A stretch of DNA of 60,844 nt, filler included. It is 3 parts of 3 records of this genome, joined end to end, with 100 filler letters (N's around TTAATTAATTAA, not from the genome) between each part and the next. Parts side by side here need not be neighbours in the genome. Positions count along the whole stretch, not along the records: positions 47,009 to 60,844 come from SRR22947725_1126; 2 more parts are not named here. One strand, 5' to 3'. Shown here piece after piece: positions 50,744 through 60,844 of this stretch. The translations under genes and the position numbers were made by a program. Every line of letters begins with the position of its first letter. The first letter of the stretch is position 1. The notes under the pieces were generated by a model that searched no databases, was not told where the DNA came from, and saw only the letters and a list, made by a program, of their open reading frames with translations.

Positions 50744-53700
50744 ATGGCAGGACAAATCTTAAAAACTAATTTTAGTCTCAACGACAAATACACTTTATTT
50801 GAAGGTAGAGTGATTTTATCAGGTATACAAGCACTTGTAAGATTGTTGCTTGATCAACATAGGGCGGATGTCATTAAAGGTATTAATACGGGTACATTAG
50901 TATCTGGATATCGCGGATCTCCAGTAGGAGTACTTGATATTAATCTTGTAAAAAATAAAAAACTTTTAGATGAGCATAATGTCAAATTTATTCCGGGTGT
51001 AAATGAAGACCTTGGAGCTACTTTAATTTATGGAAGTCAAATGGCTGGAATGGTATCCAATGTTAAATATGATGGTGTTTTAGGTATGTGGTATGGAAAA
51101 GCTCCTGGCGTAGATAGGACCGGAGATATATTTAGACATGCTAACTTTTTAGGTGTTGGTAAAAACGGTGGAGTTCTTGCAGTAGCAGGAGATGATCCAT
51201 CATGTAAGTCTTCTACATTGCCTTCACAATCTGAGCCAGCATTATTTGATGCAATGATGCCTATATTTTATCCAGGTAATGTTCAAGAGATTCTTGATTT
51301 AGGTCGTTATGCCTATGAAATGTCAAGATATTCTGGTTTATGGTCAGGATTCAAAATTGTTACTGATATCGCAGATGCATTTGGAAGTGCATTTGTAGAT
51401 CCTCAAAGAGTAAATATTACTATTCCAGATTTTACTTATAACGGCCAACCTTGGAAGCATACACAAAATGCTAAATTAGTAGGCCATCATAGTTTACCAA
51501 CTGAAAAAGAAATTCATTTAGGTCGTATTACTGCAGCTAAACATTTTTTAACTAGCAATCCTATTAATAAAATAACAGTTGAAGGTAATCAAGATAAGTT
51601 TGGAATTATAACAGCTGGAAAAACATATTATGATGTTATTGAGGCATTTGAATCCTTAGGATGGACAACTGATTATTTAAACAAAGTTGGTATTAGAATT
51701 CTAAAGCTTGGTGCAACTTTCCCCGTTGATTCTGTGATGATTAATAAATTTTGTAATGGACTTGACGAAGTCTTTGTAATTGAAGAAAAAAGATCTTTCA
51801 TTGAAATGCTTGTAAAGGAAGAGATGTATAATCATCCTAACAAACCTACTATTATTGGAAAATTTGATGAGCACAATAAACATCTTATTCCTGGGTATGG
51901 GGAATTAACAGCTGATAGCTTGATTAAAATTCTTTACAAAAGATATTCAGAAAAGCTGAAGATTGATTCTCCAAATACTAAAATTAATATTTTAAGTGAA
52001 ATTGATAATAGAGTATATGCGCAATCACTTTCATCTCGCTCTATGTATTTTTGTTCTGGTTGCCCTCACAATACATCAACTGTAAAATTACCAGATGATG
52101 ATACTGCTTTTGGAGGTATTGGATGCCACTTAATGGCAATGTTTGTTGACGATGGAAAAGCTTTTGGAACAACTCATATGGGTGGAGAAGGTGCTCAATG
52201 GGCAGGAATGGAACCATTTGTTGAAAAAGAACATATGTTCCAAAATATAGGAGATGGAACATTCTTCCATTCAGGATCATTAGCTTTAAGACAAGCAGTA
52301 GCAGCAAATTCACATTTAACTTATAAAATTTTATATAATCGTGCAGTAGCCATGACAGGAGCGCAAGATCCGGACGGGGGGTTAGATCTACCTGAGCTAA
52401 CAAAATATTTAAAAGCTGAAGGCGTAAAAAAAGTTATTATCACTACAGATGACCCATCTGCCTACGACTCCATTGAAAAATCTCGTTGGGCAAAAGATCA
52501 GAAAATTATGCACAGAGATGATATAATTGAAGCACAAAAAGAATTAAAATCAGTAAAAGGAGTTACAGTATTAATACATGACCAATCATGTGCGGCTAAT
52601 TTGCGTAGATTACGTAAAAGAGGACTTGTTCATGAACCTAAAGAAAGAATATTTATCAATGAGGCGGTATGTGAAGGATGTGGAGATTGCGGTGTTAAAT
52701 CGAATTGTTTGAGTGTTCAGCCTATTAAAACAGAGTATGGTAGAAAAACACAAATAGATCAACCTTCATGTAACAAAGACTATTCATGTGTTGATGGAAA
52801 TTGCCCTTCATTCATCAAGGTTATCCCATCAGAAAAAGAAGATAAAAGAGCATTACCTAATATTAATATCAAAGCTAGTAAAATTCCTGAGCCAAAAAAA
52901 TCCAATACAAAGATTGGTAATATATTCATGCTTGGAATCGGAGGAACCGGTGTTGTAACTGTTAATCAAATTATATCTACTGCAGCATTTTTAGAAAATA
53001 AAAAAGTTGTAGCACTAGACCAGACAGGTCTTAGTCAAAAAGGTGGATCGGTAGTATCTCATTTAAAGGTTCTACAGCCAGAAAATGCAGACTGTTCTAG
53101 TAGGGTTGCTAACGGAGAGTCAGATGCATACTTAGTATTTGACTTACTAACAGGTGCAAATCCAAAGAACATGGAGAAACTAAATCCAAAGCGTTCTGTA
53201 TCGATAATTTCTACTTCAGAAATTCCGACAGGTGATATGGTTCGATCAACAAAGTCAGAATATCCAGAAGCAGAGCATATGGTTGGACTGATTAAAGACT
53301 TTTCAAAAAAAAACGTATTACTAAACGCTACTGAGTTATCTGAACATTTTTTTGGAAGTAATATGCAAGCTAATTTCATTGTTATCGGTGCTGCCTATCA
53401 AGCGGGATCTATTCCAATTGATTCGAGTTCTTTGTTAGAAGCAATTAGTATTAATGGAGTTGCGGTTAAAAGCAATACGGATGCTTTCAATATCGGAAGA
53501 ACTCTCGTGTCCGATCCTTCGTGGGTAGAGTCAATCGATATTTACAGGACAGGAGACTTAAAGCCAACACCAAAAGTTACTAAGGAAGCTAAAAAAATAA
53601 TTAATTCAATTAAACCTGATAAGGATTTACGTGACATACTAGAATTTCGTGTTCCTGAATTGATTGAATATCAGAATACAAAATATGCAGAAGAATATGC

Positions 53701-54268
53701 TGCATTCATAAAGAAGGTTTATAAAACAGAAAAGAAAGAACGTTCAGCATCTATCTTATCCCAAAATGTTGCAAAGTACTTATTTAAGTTAATGGCAACT
53801 AAAGATGAGTATGAAGTAGCAAGGCTCTCCCTTAAAGCTGAGTTAGATATGGCATTAAGTCAAGAGTTTGGATCTTCAGCTAAAATACATTATATGTTAC
53901 ATCCTCCATTTTTAAAAATGCTAGAAAATGTTCCATTGTTGAATAGAATGCCTGGAGTAAAATCAAAATTAGCACTAGGATCATGGTTTAGACCATTTTA
54001 TATGTTACTTAAAAATCTAAAGTTTGTTCGAGGTACAAAATTGGACTTTATGGCATTGTTTAGCAGCGATGTTCGTAAGGCTGATAAAGCAATTTTGGAT
54101 CATTATAAATCAAATATTATTGATAATCTTTCTGATATTGGAAATGGTAAATATGAAACATTAATTAATTTTTCTGTCTTGCCAGATCATGTAAGAGGTT
54201 ATGAAGAAGTGAGGCTCGAAACTATGAAAACCTATTATCAGAAGTCTGAACACTTGTTTAAGTCTTAG
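50744..54268 (+). CDS. Indolepyruvate ferredoxin oxidoreductase family protein (fused alpha/beta)
   Basis: SGYRGSP, WYGKAPGVDR, FCSGCPHN, GDGTFFHSG TPP motif, CEGCGDC ferredoxin, GIGGTGVVT, KDEYEVAR. Confidence 0.94.
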   Translation: MAGQILKTNFSLNDKYTLFEGRVILSGIQALVRLLLDQHRADVIKGINTGTLVSGYRGSPVGVLDINLVKNKKLLDEHNVKFIPGVNEDLGATLIYGSQMAGMVSNVKYDGVLGMWYGKAPGVDRTGDIFRHANFLGVGKNGGVLAVAGDDPSCKSSTLPSQSEPALFDAMMPIFYPGNVQEILDLGRYAYEMSRYSGLWSGFKIVTDIADAFGSAFVDPQRVNITIPDFTYNGQPWKHTQNAKLVGHHSLPTEKEIHLGRITAAKHFLTSNPINKITVEGNQDKFGIITAGKTYYDVIEAFESLGWTTDYLNKVGIRILKLGATFPVDSVMINKFCNGLDEVFVIEEKRSFIEMLVKEEMYNHPNKPTIIGKFDEHNKHLIPGYGELTADSLIKILYKRYSEKLKIDSPNTKINILSEIDNRVYAQSLSSRSMYFCSGCPHNTSTVKLPDDDTAFGGIGCHLMAMFVDDGKAFGTTHMGGEGAQWAGMEPFVEKEHMFQNIGDGTFFHSGSLALRQAVAANSHLTYKILYNRAVAMTGAQDPDGGLDLPELTKYLKAEGVKKVIITTDDPSAYDSIEKSRWAKDQKIMHRDDIIEAQKELKSVKGVTVLIHDQSCAANLRRLRKRGLVHEPKERIFINEAVCEGCGDCGVKSNCLSVQPIKTEYGRKTQIDQPSCNKDYSCVDGNCPSFIKVIPSEKEDKRALPNINIKASKIPEPKKSNTKIGNIFMLGIGGTGVVTVNQIISTAAFLENKKVVALDQTGLSQKGGSVVSHLKVLQPENADCSSRVANGESDAYLVFDLLTGANPKNMEKLNPKRSVSIISTSEIPTGDMVRSTKSEYPEAEHMVGLIKDFSKKNVLLNATELSEHFFGSNMQANFIVIGAAYQAGSIPIDSSSLLEAISINGVAVKSNTDAFNIGRTLVSDPSWVESIDIYRTGDLKPTPKVTKEAKKIINSIKPDKDLRDILEFRVPELIEYQNTKYAEEYAAFIKKVYKTEKKERSASILSQNVAKYLFKLMATKDEYEVARLSLKAELDMALSQEFGSSAKIHYMLHPPFLKMLENVPLLNRMPGVKSKLALGSWFRPFYMLLKNLKFVRGTKLDFMALFSSDVRKADKAILDHYKSNIIDNLSDIGNGKYETLINFSVLPDHVRGYEEVRLETMKTYYQKSEHLFKS

Positions 54269-54359
54269 GATTTTATTTTTATTTCAATTTTATAGAATAG
54301 CCAGTATATTTATTCCAACAAAATTTTTTTATACTAAATACTAAGGGATTTACATAATT

Positions 54360-56900
54360 ATGACAAAAAAAATATTATTAACCTTATCATTTCTAGCCTT
54401 TTTAAATGCACAAAATACTCATGATCATGAAAATTGGATTAGATGTGCTACAGATGAATTAGAGCAAGAATTACAATTAATTGATCCGGATTTCATTGCG
54501 AAACGTGATGCTTATATTGAGCGTGGTCAGCAATTACTTAAAGAAAATCCTCAGTGGAGAACAAATGCAGATAGTCAAAATACTATTTATATCCCAGTAA
54601 TATTCCATGTACTATATAGTTCAGCTTCAGGGAATGTTTCTGCTGCTCAAATTGGAGCAAATTTTGATCAAATTAATTTAGACTTTCAAAATCAAAATCC
54701 AGATGGAGACGAAATTCCATCTTCCCCGAATCCAAGTGATGCTCCTTTTTCTCCTGGCGTTGACTATAGTCATCAAGCCGCAAGAGGAACTCATCAAATT
54801 AAATTTGTAGGAGCGCAAGGCGAGCTATCTGGTAGTTCTTTAGTTGAAGACATATCTATTCGAAGATACAATATTAGTCAGTCTACCGTAAGTGGTGTAA
54901 GTGAGGCAAGTAGTTTAGCTGGCTCAACTAGTTGTGGTAATTGTCCTGATAATGGATATCAGGATGGATTTTTAAATATTTATATTGCGCCATTAACGGG
55001 CGGTCTTTTAGGTCAAGCATATTTAGGCTATCCTGAATCGGTGGTTTTAGCTGGTTCAGTAGGATCTGTTGAAAGTCCTGGAACTACTGGTGGTTATAAT
55101 AGAGGTAGAACACTAACCCATGAATTAGGTCATAATTTTACTTTTAATCATGTTTTTAATGGAAATACTTGCGGCACTCAATATTGGGCTGATATTCCTC
55201 CCCAAACAGTAAATAATAGAGGTGCAAATATTTATGAATGGCCAACAGGTAGTGGAAATTTTTATGGAAGAGAAAGTGAAGATAGTTGTATTTCTTCTAG
55301 TGGTAAGGGTGATCAGTTCATGAATTATATGGACTATGTTTATGATGACCAAATGCGCATGTTCTCCGAACAACAAGCACTAGATGGATATGCATGGGCT
55401 GCTTCAAGAAGTTGGGAGCAAGTTGCCAATGGGGTAAATGTAACACTAAGTTCTGATGTATCTTATGCAACCACTAATGATGGGTTTTCTGTTACTGTGG
55501 CATTCGGAGAAATTATGACAGGATTTACTGAAAGTGATTTAGTTATTTCTAATGGGTCGGTAAGTAATTTTAATGGCGGAAGTAATGGAACATATAGTTT
55601 TGATGTTTTAGCAGCGTCTGATGGAGAAGTGACTGTTGATATTCTTGAAAATTCATGTGTTGGAGCAACATCAGGATATGCTAACTTTGCTTCAAATACA
55701 GTATCAGTAATTGTAGATAGAGTAGGACCGGTCGTAGGAGATTTATCCATTACAAACTTAGCAGATACACAATATATTACACAAAATCCGAATGTAGGAA
55801 TATCCTTAGATAATTTCTATGATGCTACAAGCGGAATTGCTCTTTATTATGTAGCAGTAGGAACCTCAATAGGCGGTGAAGATGTAATGGCATATACACC
55901 ATATAGTGGGTCTCAATTTAATCTAAATGCGCTTTCATTAAGTGACTATCAACAATATTTTGTAAGTGTATATGGACAAGACTTAGTAGGGCTAAACTCT
56001 ACAATAACATCTGCTTCATTTTATTATTTTGGAACACTCTTAGGAGATTCTAATAATGACTGGGTGATTGATTTTACAGATTATACTTCTTTCATGTCTG
56101 GTTATCCAGGTATTGATATTGCGCCCGTAACAGGAAGCGCACCATATTTCTTTCCAAATTTTGACGGCATATCTGATGTACAAGATTTAGCAATGTTCGA
56201 ATCTATGTGGAATTGGTCTATTGGAGTAAATGGAAGAACAGTACCAAATTATACTGTTCAGGGTACATCGCCATTCTTACGCGTCTTAAATGATCAGCTT
56301 GTAGTAAAGTTCCCAGCAGCAACTGAGACAGCGCAAGTCTATTTTGACTACGATCCAGAAAAGTACACTGTAGGATTGCTTCCTAGCAATGCAACCGATC
56401 AATTGGTTTTAAGTAATAATGATCAAGTAAATGGATTAATACAAGTAGAAGTAGGAGAATACGGCTCTACAAACTCATCTACAGAAGATCAAACGGAGCT
56501 ATACTTTAGTTTTGAAAATTTAACAGATACGTATGAGTTTTTAAAAATAAGCTATTCAGCATACAATCAGTATAACCAGATTGTCTCTGAGGGATATAAC
56601 TTATTACAGACTGCACCGTCAACATATCGCTTGTCTCAAAGTTATCCAAACCCGTTCACGAACGGGGGAACCACTGTTGATTTTGATATGCCTGCAACAG
56701 AGCGTATTACAATGGTCATCTTAGATATTAGAGGAAGAGTAATTCGTACTCTTATTGATAACGAAGAACGTTTTGGATATCAATCTGTTCAATGGGATGC
56801 AAAAAATGATGATGGAGATGATGTTAGTAGCGGAGTATACTTTTATCAAATTCGTTCAAGCAACTTTAATGCAGTAGGTAAGCTGGTTTACGTCAAATAG
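54360..56900 (+). CDS. Secreted M43 (ulilysin/pappalysin-like) zinc metalloprotease with Ig-like, dockerin-like and FlgD/T9SS-type C-terminal domains
   Basis: Signal peptide, RCAT cysteine switch, IPVIFHV, GRTLTHELGH..H, NYMDY Met-turn, C-terminal YPNPF...G..IRTL...WD.....G..VSSGVYFY. Confidence 0.88.
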   Translation: MTKKILLTLSFLAFLNAQNTHDHENWIRCATDELEQELQLIDPDFIAKRDAYIERGQQLLKENPQWRTNADSQNTIYIPVIFHVLYSSASGNVSAAQIGANFDQINLDFQNQNPDGDEIPSSPNPSDAPFSPGVDYSHQAARGTHQIKFVGAQGELSGSSLVEDISIRRYNISQSTVSGVSEASSLAGSTSCGNCPDNGYQDGFLNIYIAPLTGGLLGQAYLGYPESVVLAGSVGSVESPGTTGGYNRGRTLTHELGHNFTFNHVFNGNTCGTQYWADIPPQTVNNRGANIYEWPTGSGNFYGRESEDSCISSSGKGDQFMNYMDYVYDDQMRMFSEQQALDGYAWAASRSWEQVANGVNVTLSSDVSYATTNDGFSVTVAFGEIMTGFTESDLVISNGSVSNFNGGSNGTYSFDVLAASDGEVTVDILENSCVGATSGYANFASNTVSVIVDRVGPVVGDLSITNLADTQYITQNPNVGISLDNFYDATSGIALYYVAVGTSIGGEDVMAYTPYSGSQFNLNALSLSDYQQYFVSVYGQDLVGLNSTITSASFYYFGTLLGDSNNDWVIDFTDYTSFMSGYPGIDIAPVTGSAPYFFPNFDGISDVQDLAMFESMWNWSIGVNGRTVPNYTVQGTSPFLRVLNDQLVVKFPAATETAQVYFDYDPEKYTVGLLPSNATDQLVLSNNDQVNGLIQVEVGEYGSTNSSTEDQTELYFSFENLTDTYEFLKISYSAYNQYNQIVSEGYNLLQTAPSTYRLSQSYPNPFTNGGTTVDFDMPATERITMVILDIRGRVIRTLIDNEERFGYQSVQWDAKNDDGDDVSSGVYFYQIRSSNFNAVGKLVYVK

Positions 56901-56916
56901 ATAAACTATAAAAACT

Positions 56917-57882
56917 ATGTTAGACTCAAAACCTACTTTAAAAGACGTCCAAGCTGCGCAAATATCTACAGAATCTATTGTACGTAAAACTCCTATCCTA
57001 ACATCTGAGTATTTTAACGACCTATTAGGAATGGAGTTATTTTTTAAGTGTGAAAATTTTCAGAAGACAGGCTCTTTCAAAATTAGAGGCGCTTCTAATG
57101 CTATTTTTTCTTTAACAGCAGAGGAACAATCTCAAGGAGTGGCGTGTCAGTCATCGGGTAATCATGGAGGCGCTATAGCATGCGCTGCAGACCTTAAAGG
57201 GGTTCATGCAGACATTGTCATGGCTAAGAGTGTATCAAAGGCTAAAATCCATAATGTACGTACCTATAATGGTAACATGATTTTTTGTGATTCTATGTCT
57301 GAACGAGATGAATTATTTGCAAAGACAGTTGAAGAAAATAATCGTATTTCAATTCATCCTTACGATAACTTTTCTGTGATGGCAGGACAGGGCACTATTG
57401 GCCTTGAAATCGTAGAGCAAGTACCAGAATTTGATTCTGTAGTTGTCCCAATTGGTGGTGGTGGATTAATCAGTGGTATATCGATTGCATTAAAAGGATT
57501 AAATCACTCTGCAAAGATTATTGGCTGTGAGCCAACTAGTGTTGACGATACACATCAAATGTATACAGCAAATAAGCGCATTGAAATGACGCACAGAGAA
57601 TCTGTAGCGGATGGATTAATGGCAATCGTTGGTCATTTAACCTTACCAATCATTCAAGAGAATGTTGATGATATCGTTTTAGCAACAGAAGAAGAGATTA
57701 TTGAAGCTACTAGATTAGTATGGGAGCGTATGAAGATTATTGTTGAACCATCTTGCGCGTTAACCCTTGCTAGTATTATAGCAAATAAAGAGAAATTTAC
57801 AGGACAAAAGATTGTGTTAATCATTACAGGTGGTAATGTAGATCTTGTGTCGTTGCCTTGGCAAAAAGTCGGTAAAGAATAA
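56917..57882 (+). CDS. PLP-dependent threonine/serine dehydratase or serine racemase family enzyme
   Basis: KCENFQKTGSFKIRGA, SSGNHG, HPYD, GGGGLISG, ADGL, EPS, TGGNVD. Confidence 0.92.
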   Translation: MLDSKPTLKDVQAAQISTESIVRKTPILTSEYFNDLLGMELFFKCENFQKTGSFKIRGASNAIFSLTAEEQSQGVACQSSGNHGGAIACAADLKGVHADIVMAKSVSKAKIHNVRTYNGNMIFCDSMSERDELFAKTVEENNRISIHPYDNFSVMAGQGTIGLEIVEQVPEFDSVVVPIGGGGLISGISIALKGLNHSAKIIGCEPTSVDDTHQMYTANKRIEMTHRESVADGLMAIVGHLTLPIIQENVDDIVLATEEEIIEATRLVWERMKIIVEPSCALTLASIIANKEKFTGQKIVLIITGGNVDLVSLPWQKVGKE

Positions 57883-57906
57883 ACCTCTTCTTATAAATTC
57901 TATTAT

Positions 57907-57938
57907 AAAAAAAGCCCTCAAAAAATGAGGGCTTTTTT
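57907..57938. terminator. Bidirectional intrinsic terminator
   Basis: AAAAAAA-GCCCTCA-AAAAA-TGAGGGC-TTTTTT between convergent genes. Confidence 0.88.
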
Positions 57939-57959
57939 ATTTTTAACTGAAACTATCTT

Positions 57960-60844
57960 TTACAGATCGTATCCAACACTTAGTGTTGTGAATCTACCCA
58001 TTTCAGGGCCTAAGAAAGTTTCTTTATGTACAACATCAGTGATGTTGTCAATTGATAAACCAACTGACATTCCAGGAACTGAATCAACACTCCATTTACC
58101 ATTTACACCAAGAGTGTAGAATGATGGAATTTGTCCAGAAGTGCTGGCGAATCCGTCAGCAAAGTATGAGTCCTGGTAACGTAGTGACATCCCGTAAGAT
58201 ACACCTTCGCCTGCATACTGCATTCCCGCACCCATTTTAAATTTAGGTGTGTTCATGTTTACAGTACTTATACGACCGTTTTGGTCTTCAGCATCAATAG
58301 TACTTTCACTTAGCGTTGACATGTTCATGTAGAAATTCCAGTCATTGCTTGGGAAGTAGTTTAATGTTGCTTCCATACCATTTAATTTAAGGTCTTCAGT
58401 TAACTGTTTATATCCTACAACGATGTTAGCACCATAAGGTGATTGCTCTGGAGCAATTGAACCCGTTGGAAGCTGAGCAACTCCGCCTGCAATAGCAGTA
58501 GCAAGTTCGTCAGCACCACCAAAGACTCCATTAGAATCCATCGCGTTAACAAAGTTAGTTAGGTTGTCATTACCATACATTCCAGTAAGTAATGCAGCAA
58601 CATAACTTCCACCATCAGCAGCCATAACAGTAAAACCACTAATTTGTTGTAGATTTGAAACATAGTCAGAGATATTCATTTGATAAACATCTACTGCTAG
58701 TGTCATATTATCAGTTACTTGGCCTTTATAACCAAACTCTGTTTGAGCCCATGTAGTTTCTTTAATAACATCGTAGTTACCAAATTCTACATTAGGGTCA
58801 ACAATGTTTAAATCTCCATCAAGAACTACATTACCAATAGCTGGTATTGCTGTTCCCATTAGAGTTAAGAAGTCATTAGCAGCTAAAGCAGCTTGACCTG
58901 CACCGTATGCAGCAGCACCAGCAACATCGCCAGTAGCAGCAGCATAGCCAGCACCTACAGCAGCGCCGTAGCCTGCTAGTAATGCTTGACCTTGTGCACC
59001 TTGTAAGAATCCACCACCAATAACTGGAGCAAAGATTCCCCACATAGCACCATTAACGACAGGGTCGTTTAAGCTATAATTAGTATTTACGTCAGCGCCA
59101 TAATATGGTGCTGGTAAAGCAGGGTTTGCACCCCACGCTGGTGACCAATTTGTACGGTAAGTATGATTACCATTTGCATCTCTGTTATATGTCCAACCAG
59201 TTGTTGTTGATCCCATCGCTTTTGCTTGGAAGTCAGGTTGGAAAGGTAACCCACCAAATGCTGGGTTTGTAAAGTCGATACCGTTAGCACCATACACTAA
59301 ATTAGTTCCTAGTACTGCAATATCAAGATTTTTAGTAAAGTTACCAGGTAAGTCAATATTTTCACCATAAGTAAGACGGAAAGTTCCTCTTACATCTTCT
59401 GGTGACCATACTAACGCTAATTTTGGAGCAAACACGAAGTCAGTTCCAATATCACTTAGGTAGTTGTTACTATCCATTCTTCCAGTACCAACAAATTTAA
59501 CGCCATTGTCCCATTTCTTCTCATAAGAGAAGTATGCTCCAATGTTATCAAAATCATCAATATCTTCGTTCTTACCATTGATAGTTCCTTGTGTGTCAGG
59601 AGTACGTTGTAACATGTCTCCACCCCATACAAGAGATTGACCATTATTTAGTTCGATATTATGTTGTAATTGGAATGCAAGATTTGATGATTCATCATAT
59701 ACAATATTACCTGTTGATAAATTGTATGTAGATTTTTGATCATTCCAATTTGTAAATAGATTTAAAAATAAATCTCCACCTAAGAAACCTTGTCTTAAGT
59801 AAGACAATTGTGCTTGGTATAGAGTTGCATCATCTGCAAGAGCTCTACCAACACCAGTCATTTCAATCGCAGAAACATTCGCCATTCTGAAATTAAGTGT
59901 TAGGTTAGATCTTAAGTCAGGACGAAACTCTGTTTTCATATCCACAGTTGTTGCTTCCGGATTAAAGTCGAATGCAGCATCATTAGGTGATCCAGTTACT
60001 GGATCTTTATATGGATCATTTTCTCCACCATAAGAAATAAATGGATAAACTGGAGTTGCTAGTCCTCTACGAATCATTGTAGGTTCCCAATAGTTGTGAC
60101 CCTGTGCATTCGCTTCTGCTTGTGTAGCAGGCATGTTAGCTTCCCAGTCATTAAATGATCTGTGACTTATAGCAATACGAGTTGCTGCTCTAGCACCCCA
60201 TTGATGAGCTATACGTGCATATACTTTCATATAATCTCTTTCTCCAACAGTCACGGCAACTCTGTTACCTTGATTAAATGGAGATTTAGAAAACATTGCA
60301 ATTACACCTTGTTGTGTATCAGGACCGTACATCGGAGATGCAGGACCACGTACAAGCTCTACTCTTTGAATATCAGAGTCATCTGGAGCCATGAATTGTA
60401 GTAATTGAGCATTAACCACAGGAGCTCTTGTCCAACGGTTATCAACTACAGCGTGAATTGCACCAGAGAAAACACCATTAAAACCACGAACAGTCACATT
60501 GGACCCTTCAAGACCGGTTTTCATAGTTTCTACTCCAGCTCTATTACTTAAAACATCCGCAATAGTGGTTGCGCCTCTGGCTTCTAATTCAGCTCCGCCA
60601 AAAACTTCCACACTAGCAGGTGCTTCAGTAACTAATTCTTTTTTAAAAGATGCAGACACTACAACTTGATTCAGTCTTACATTACCTGATTCAAGAGTAA
60701 GGTTTACATTGGCTGCTTGTCCACCGCTAACGCTTACCATGGCACTTGCAGCATCATACCCAATGTATGAAGCAGTAAGTGTATAGTCACCGTCGCTTAA
60801 ACCTGAAATTGAGAATGATCCATCTTGATTAGATGAAGCTCCCA
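57960..60844 (-). CDS. TonB-dependent receptor with N-terminal carboxypeptidase-regulatory-like domain (5' end beyond the window)
   Basis: The frame stays open upstream of 60740 (GASSNQDGSFSISGLSDGDYTLTASYIGY). VVVSAS TonB-box region, plug RGF and IQRVELVRGPASPMYG, C-terminal GRFTTLSVGYDL. Confidence 0.93.
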   Translation of the reverse strand, partial: GASSNQDGSFSISGLSDGDYTLTASYIGYDAASAMVSVSGGQAANVNLTLESGNVRLNQVVVSASFKKELVTEAPASVEVFGGAELEARGATTIADVLSNRAGVETMKTGLEGSNVTVRGFNGVFSGAIHAVVDNRWTRAPVVNAQLLQFMAPDDSDIQRVELVRGPASPMYGPDTQQGVIAMFSKSPFNQGNRVAVTVGERDYMKVYARIAHQWGARAATRIAISHRSFNDWEANMPATQAEANAQGHNYWEPTMIRRGLATPVYPFISYGGENDPYKDPVTGSPNDAAFDFNPEATTVDMKTEFRPDLRSNLTLNFRMANVSAIEMTGVGRALADDATLYQAQLSYLRQGFLGGDLFLNLFTNWNDQKSTYNLSTGNIVYDESSNLAFQLQHNIELNNGQSLVWGGDMLQRTPDTQGTINGKNEDIDDFDNIGAYFSYEKKWDNGVKFVGTGRMDSNNYLSDIGTDFVFAPKLALVWSPEDVRGTFRLTYGENIDLPGNFTKNLDIAVLGTNLVYGANGIDFTNPAFGGLPFQPDFQAKAMGSTTTGWTYNRDANGNHTYRTNWSPAWGANPALPAPYYGADVNTNYSLNDPVVNGAMWGIFAPVIGGGFLQGAQGQALLAGYGAAVGAGYAAATGDVAGAAAYGAGQAALAANDFLTLMGTAIPAIGNVVLDGDLNIVDPNVEFGNYDVIKETTWAQTEFGYKGQVTDNMTLAVDVYQMNISDYVSNLQQISGFTVMAADGGSYVAALLTGMYGNDNLTNFVNAMDSNGVFGGADELATAIAGGVAQLPTGSIAPEQSPYGANIVVGYKQLTEDLKLNGMEATLNYFPSNDWNFYMNMSTLSESTIDAEDQNGRISTVNMNTPKFKMGAGMQYAGEGVSYGMSLRYQDSYFADGFASTSGQIPSFYTLGVNGKWSVDSVPGMSVGLSIDNITDVVHKETFLGPEMGRFTTLSVGYDL

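Noticed and set aside
58875-59018. GCA/GCT-rich quasi-repeats as a tandem repeat or CRISPR-like array
   Set aside because: Explained by Ala/Gly codons within the TonB receptor, with no fixed repeat-spacer periodicity.

Overview
The window is not one continuous locus. It holds three unrelated contigs joined by identical 100-bp artificial linkers (N44-TTAATTAATTAA-N44, at 21295-21394 and 46909-47008). Segment 1 (1-21294) is gammaproteobacterial and resembles the marine SUP05/Thioglobaceae group (inferred from gene content). It carries sucCD, efp-epmA, argG, a sat-aprM-aprB-aprA sulfite-oxidation module with divergent azlC/azlD/sulP transporter genes, pgsA with tRNA-Gly/Cys/Arg, murEF, kdsD and rpsL-rpsG-fusA. 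Segment 2 (21395-46908) is very AT-rich and streamlined with actinobacterial gene order, resembling Ca. Actinomarina (inference). A housekeeping core (leuS-holA-rpsT-lepA-rsmE-hit-phoH-7TM-HD-ybeY-uppS-glyQS-dnaG) is flanked on both sides by surface-glycan genes, with CCA-less tRNAs and repeated leaderless-promoter signatures. Segment 3 (47009-60844) looks FCB-group/Marinimicrobia-like (inference). It encodes a class II RNR (nrdJ) with a coupled unknown gene, a haloalkane-dehalogenase-like hydrolase, a fused indolepyruvate oxidoreductase, a secreted modular M43 protease, a PLP dehydratase/racemase and a TonB-dependent receptor. The most notable observations are an O-antigen-ligase-like protein with a ~280-aa insert that looks like a circularly permuted LamG/ConA domain, the sat-aprMBA locus with shared upstream motifs and two uncharacterised trailing genes, the nrdJ-coupled unknown gene, and large Ala/Gly-rich inserts in the TonB receptor. 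No CRISPR array, transposase or prophage was seen.
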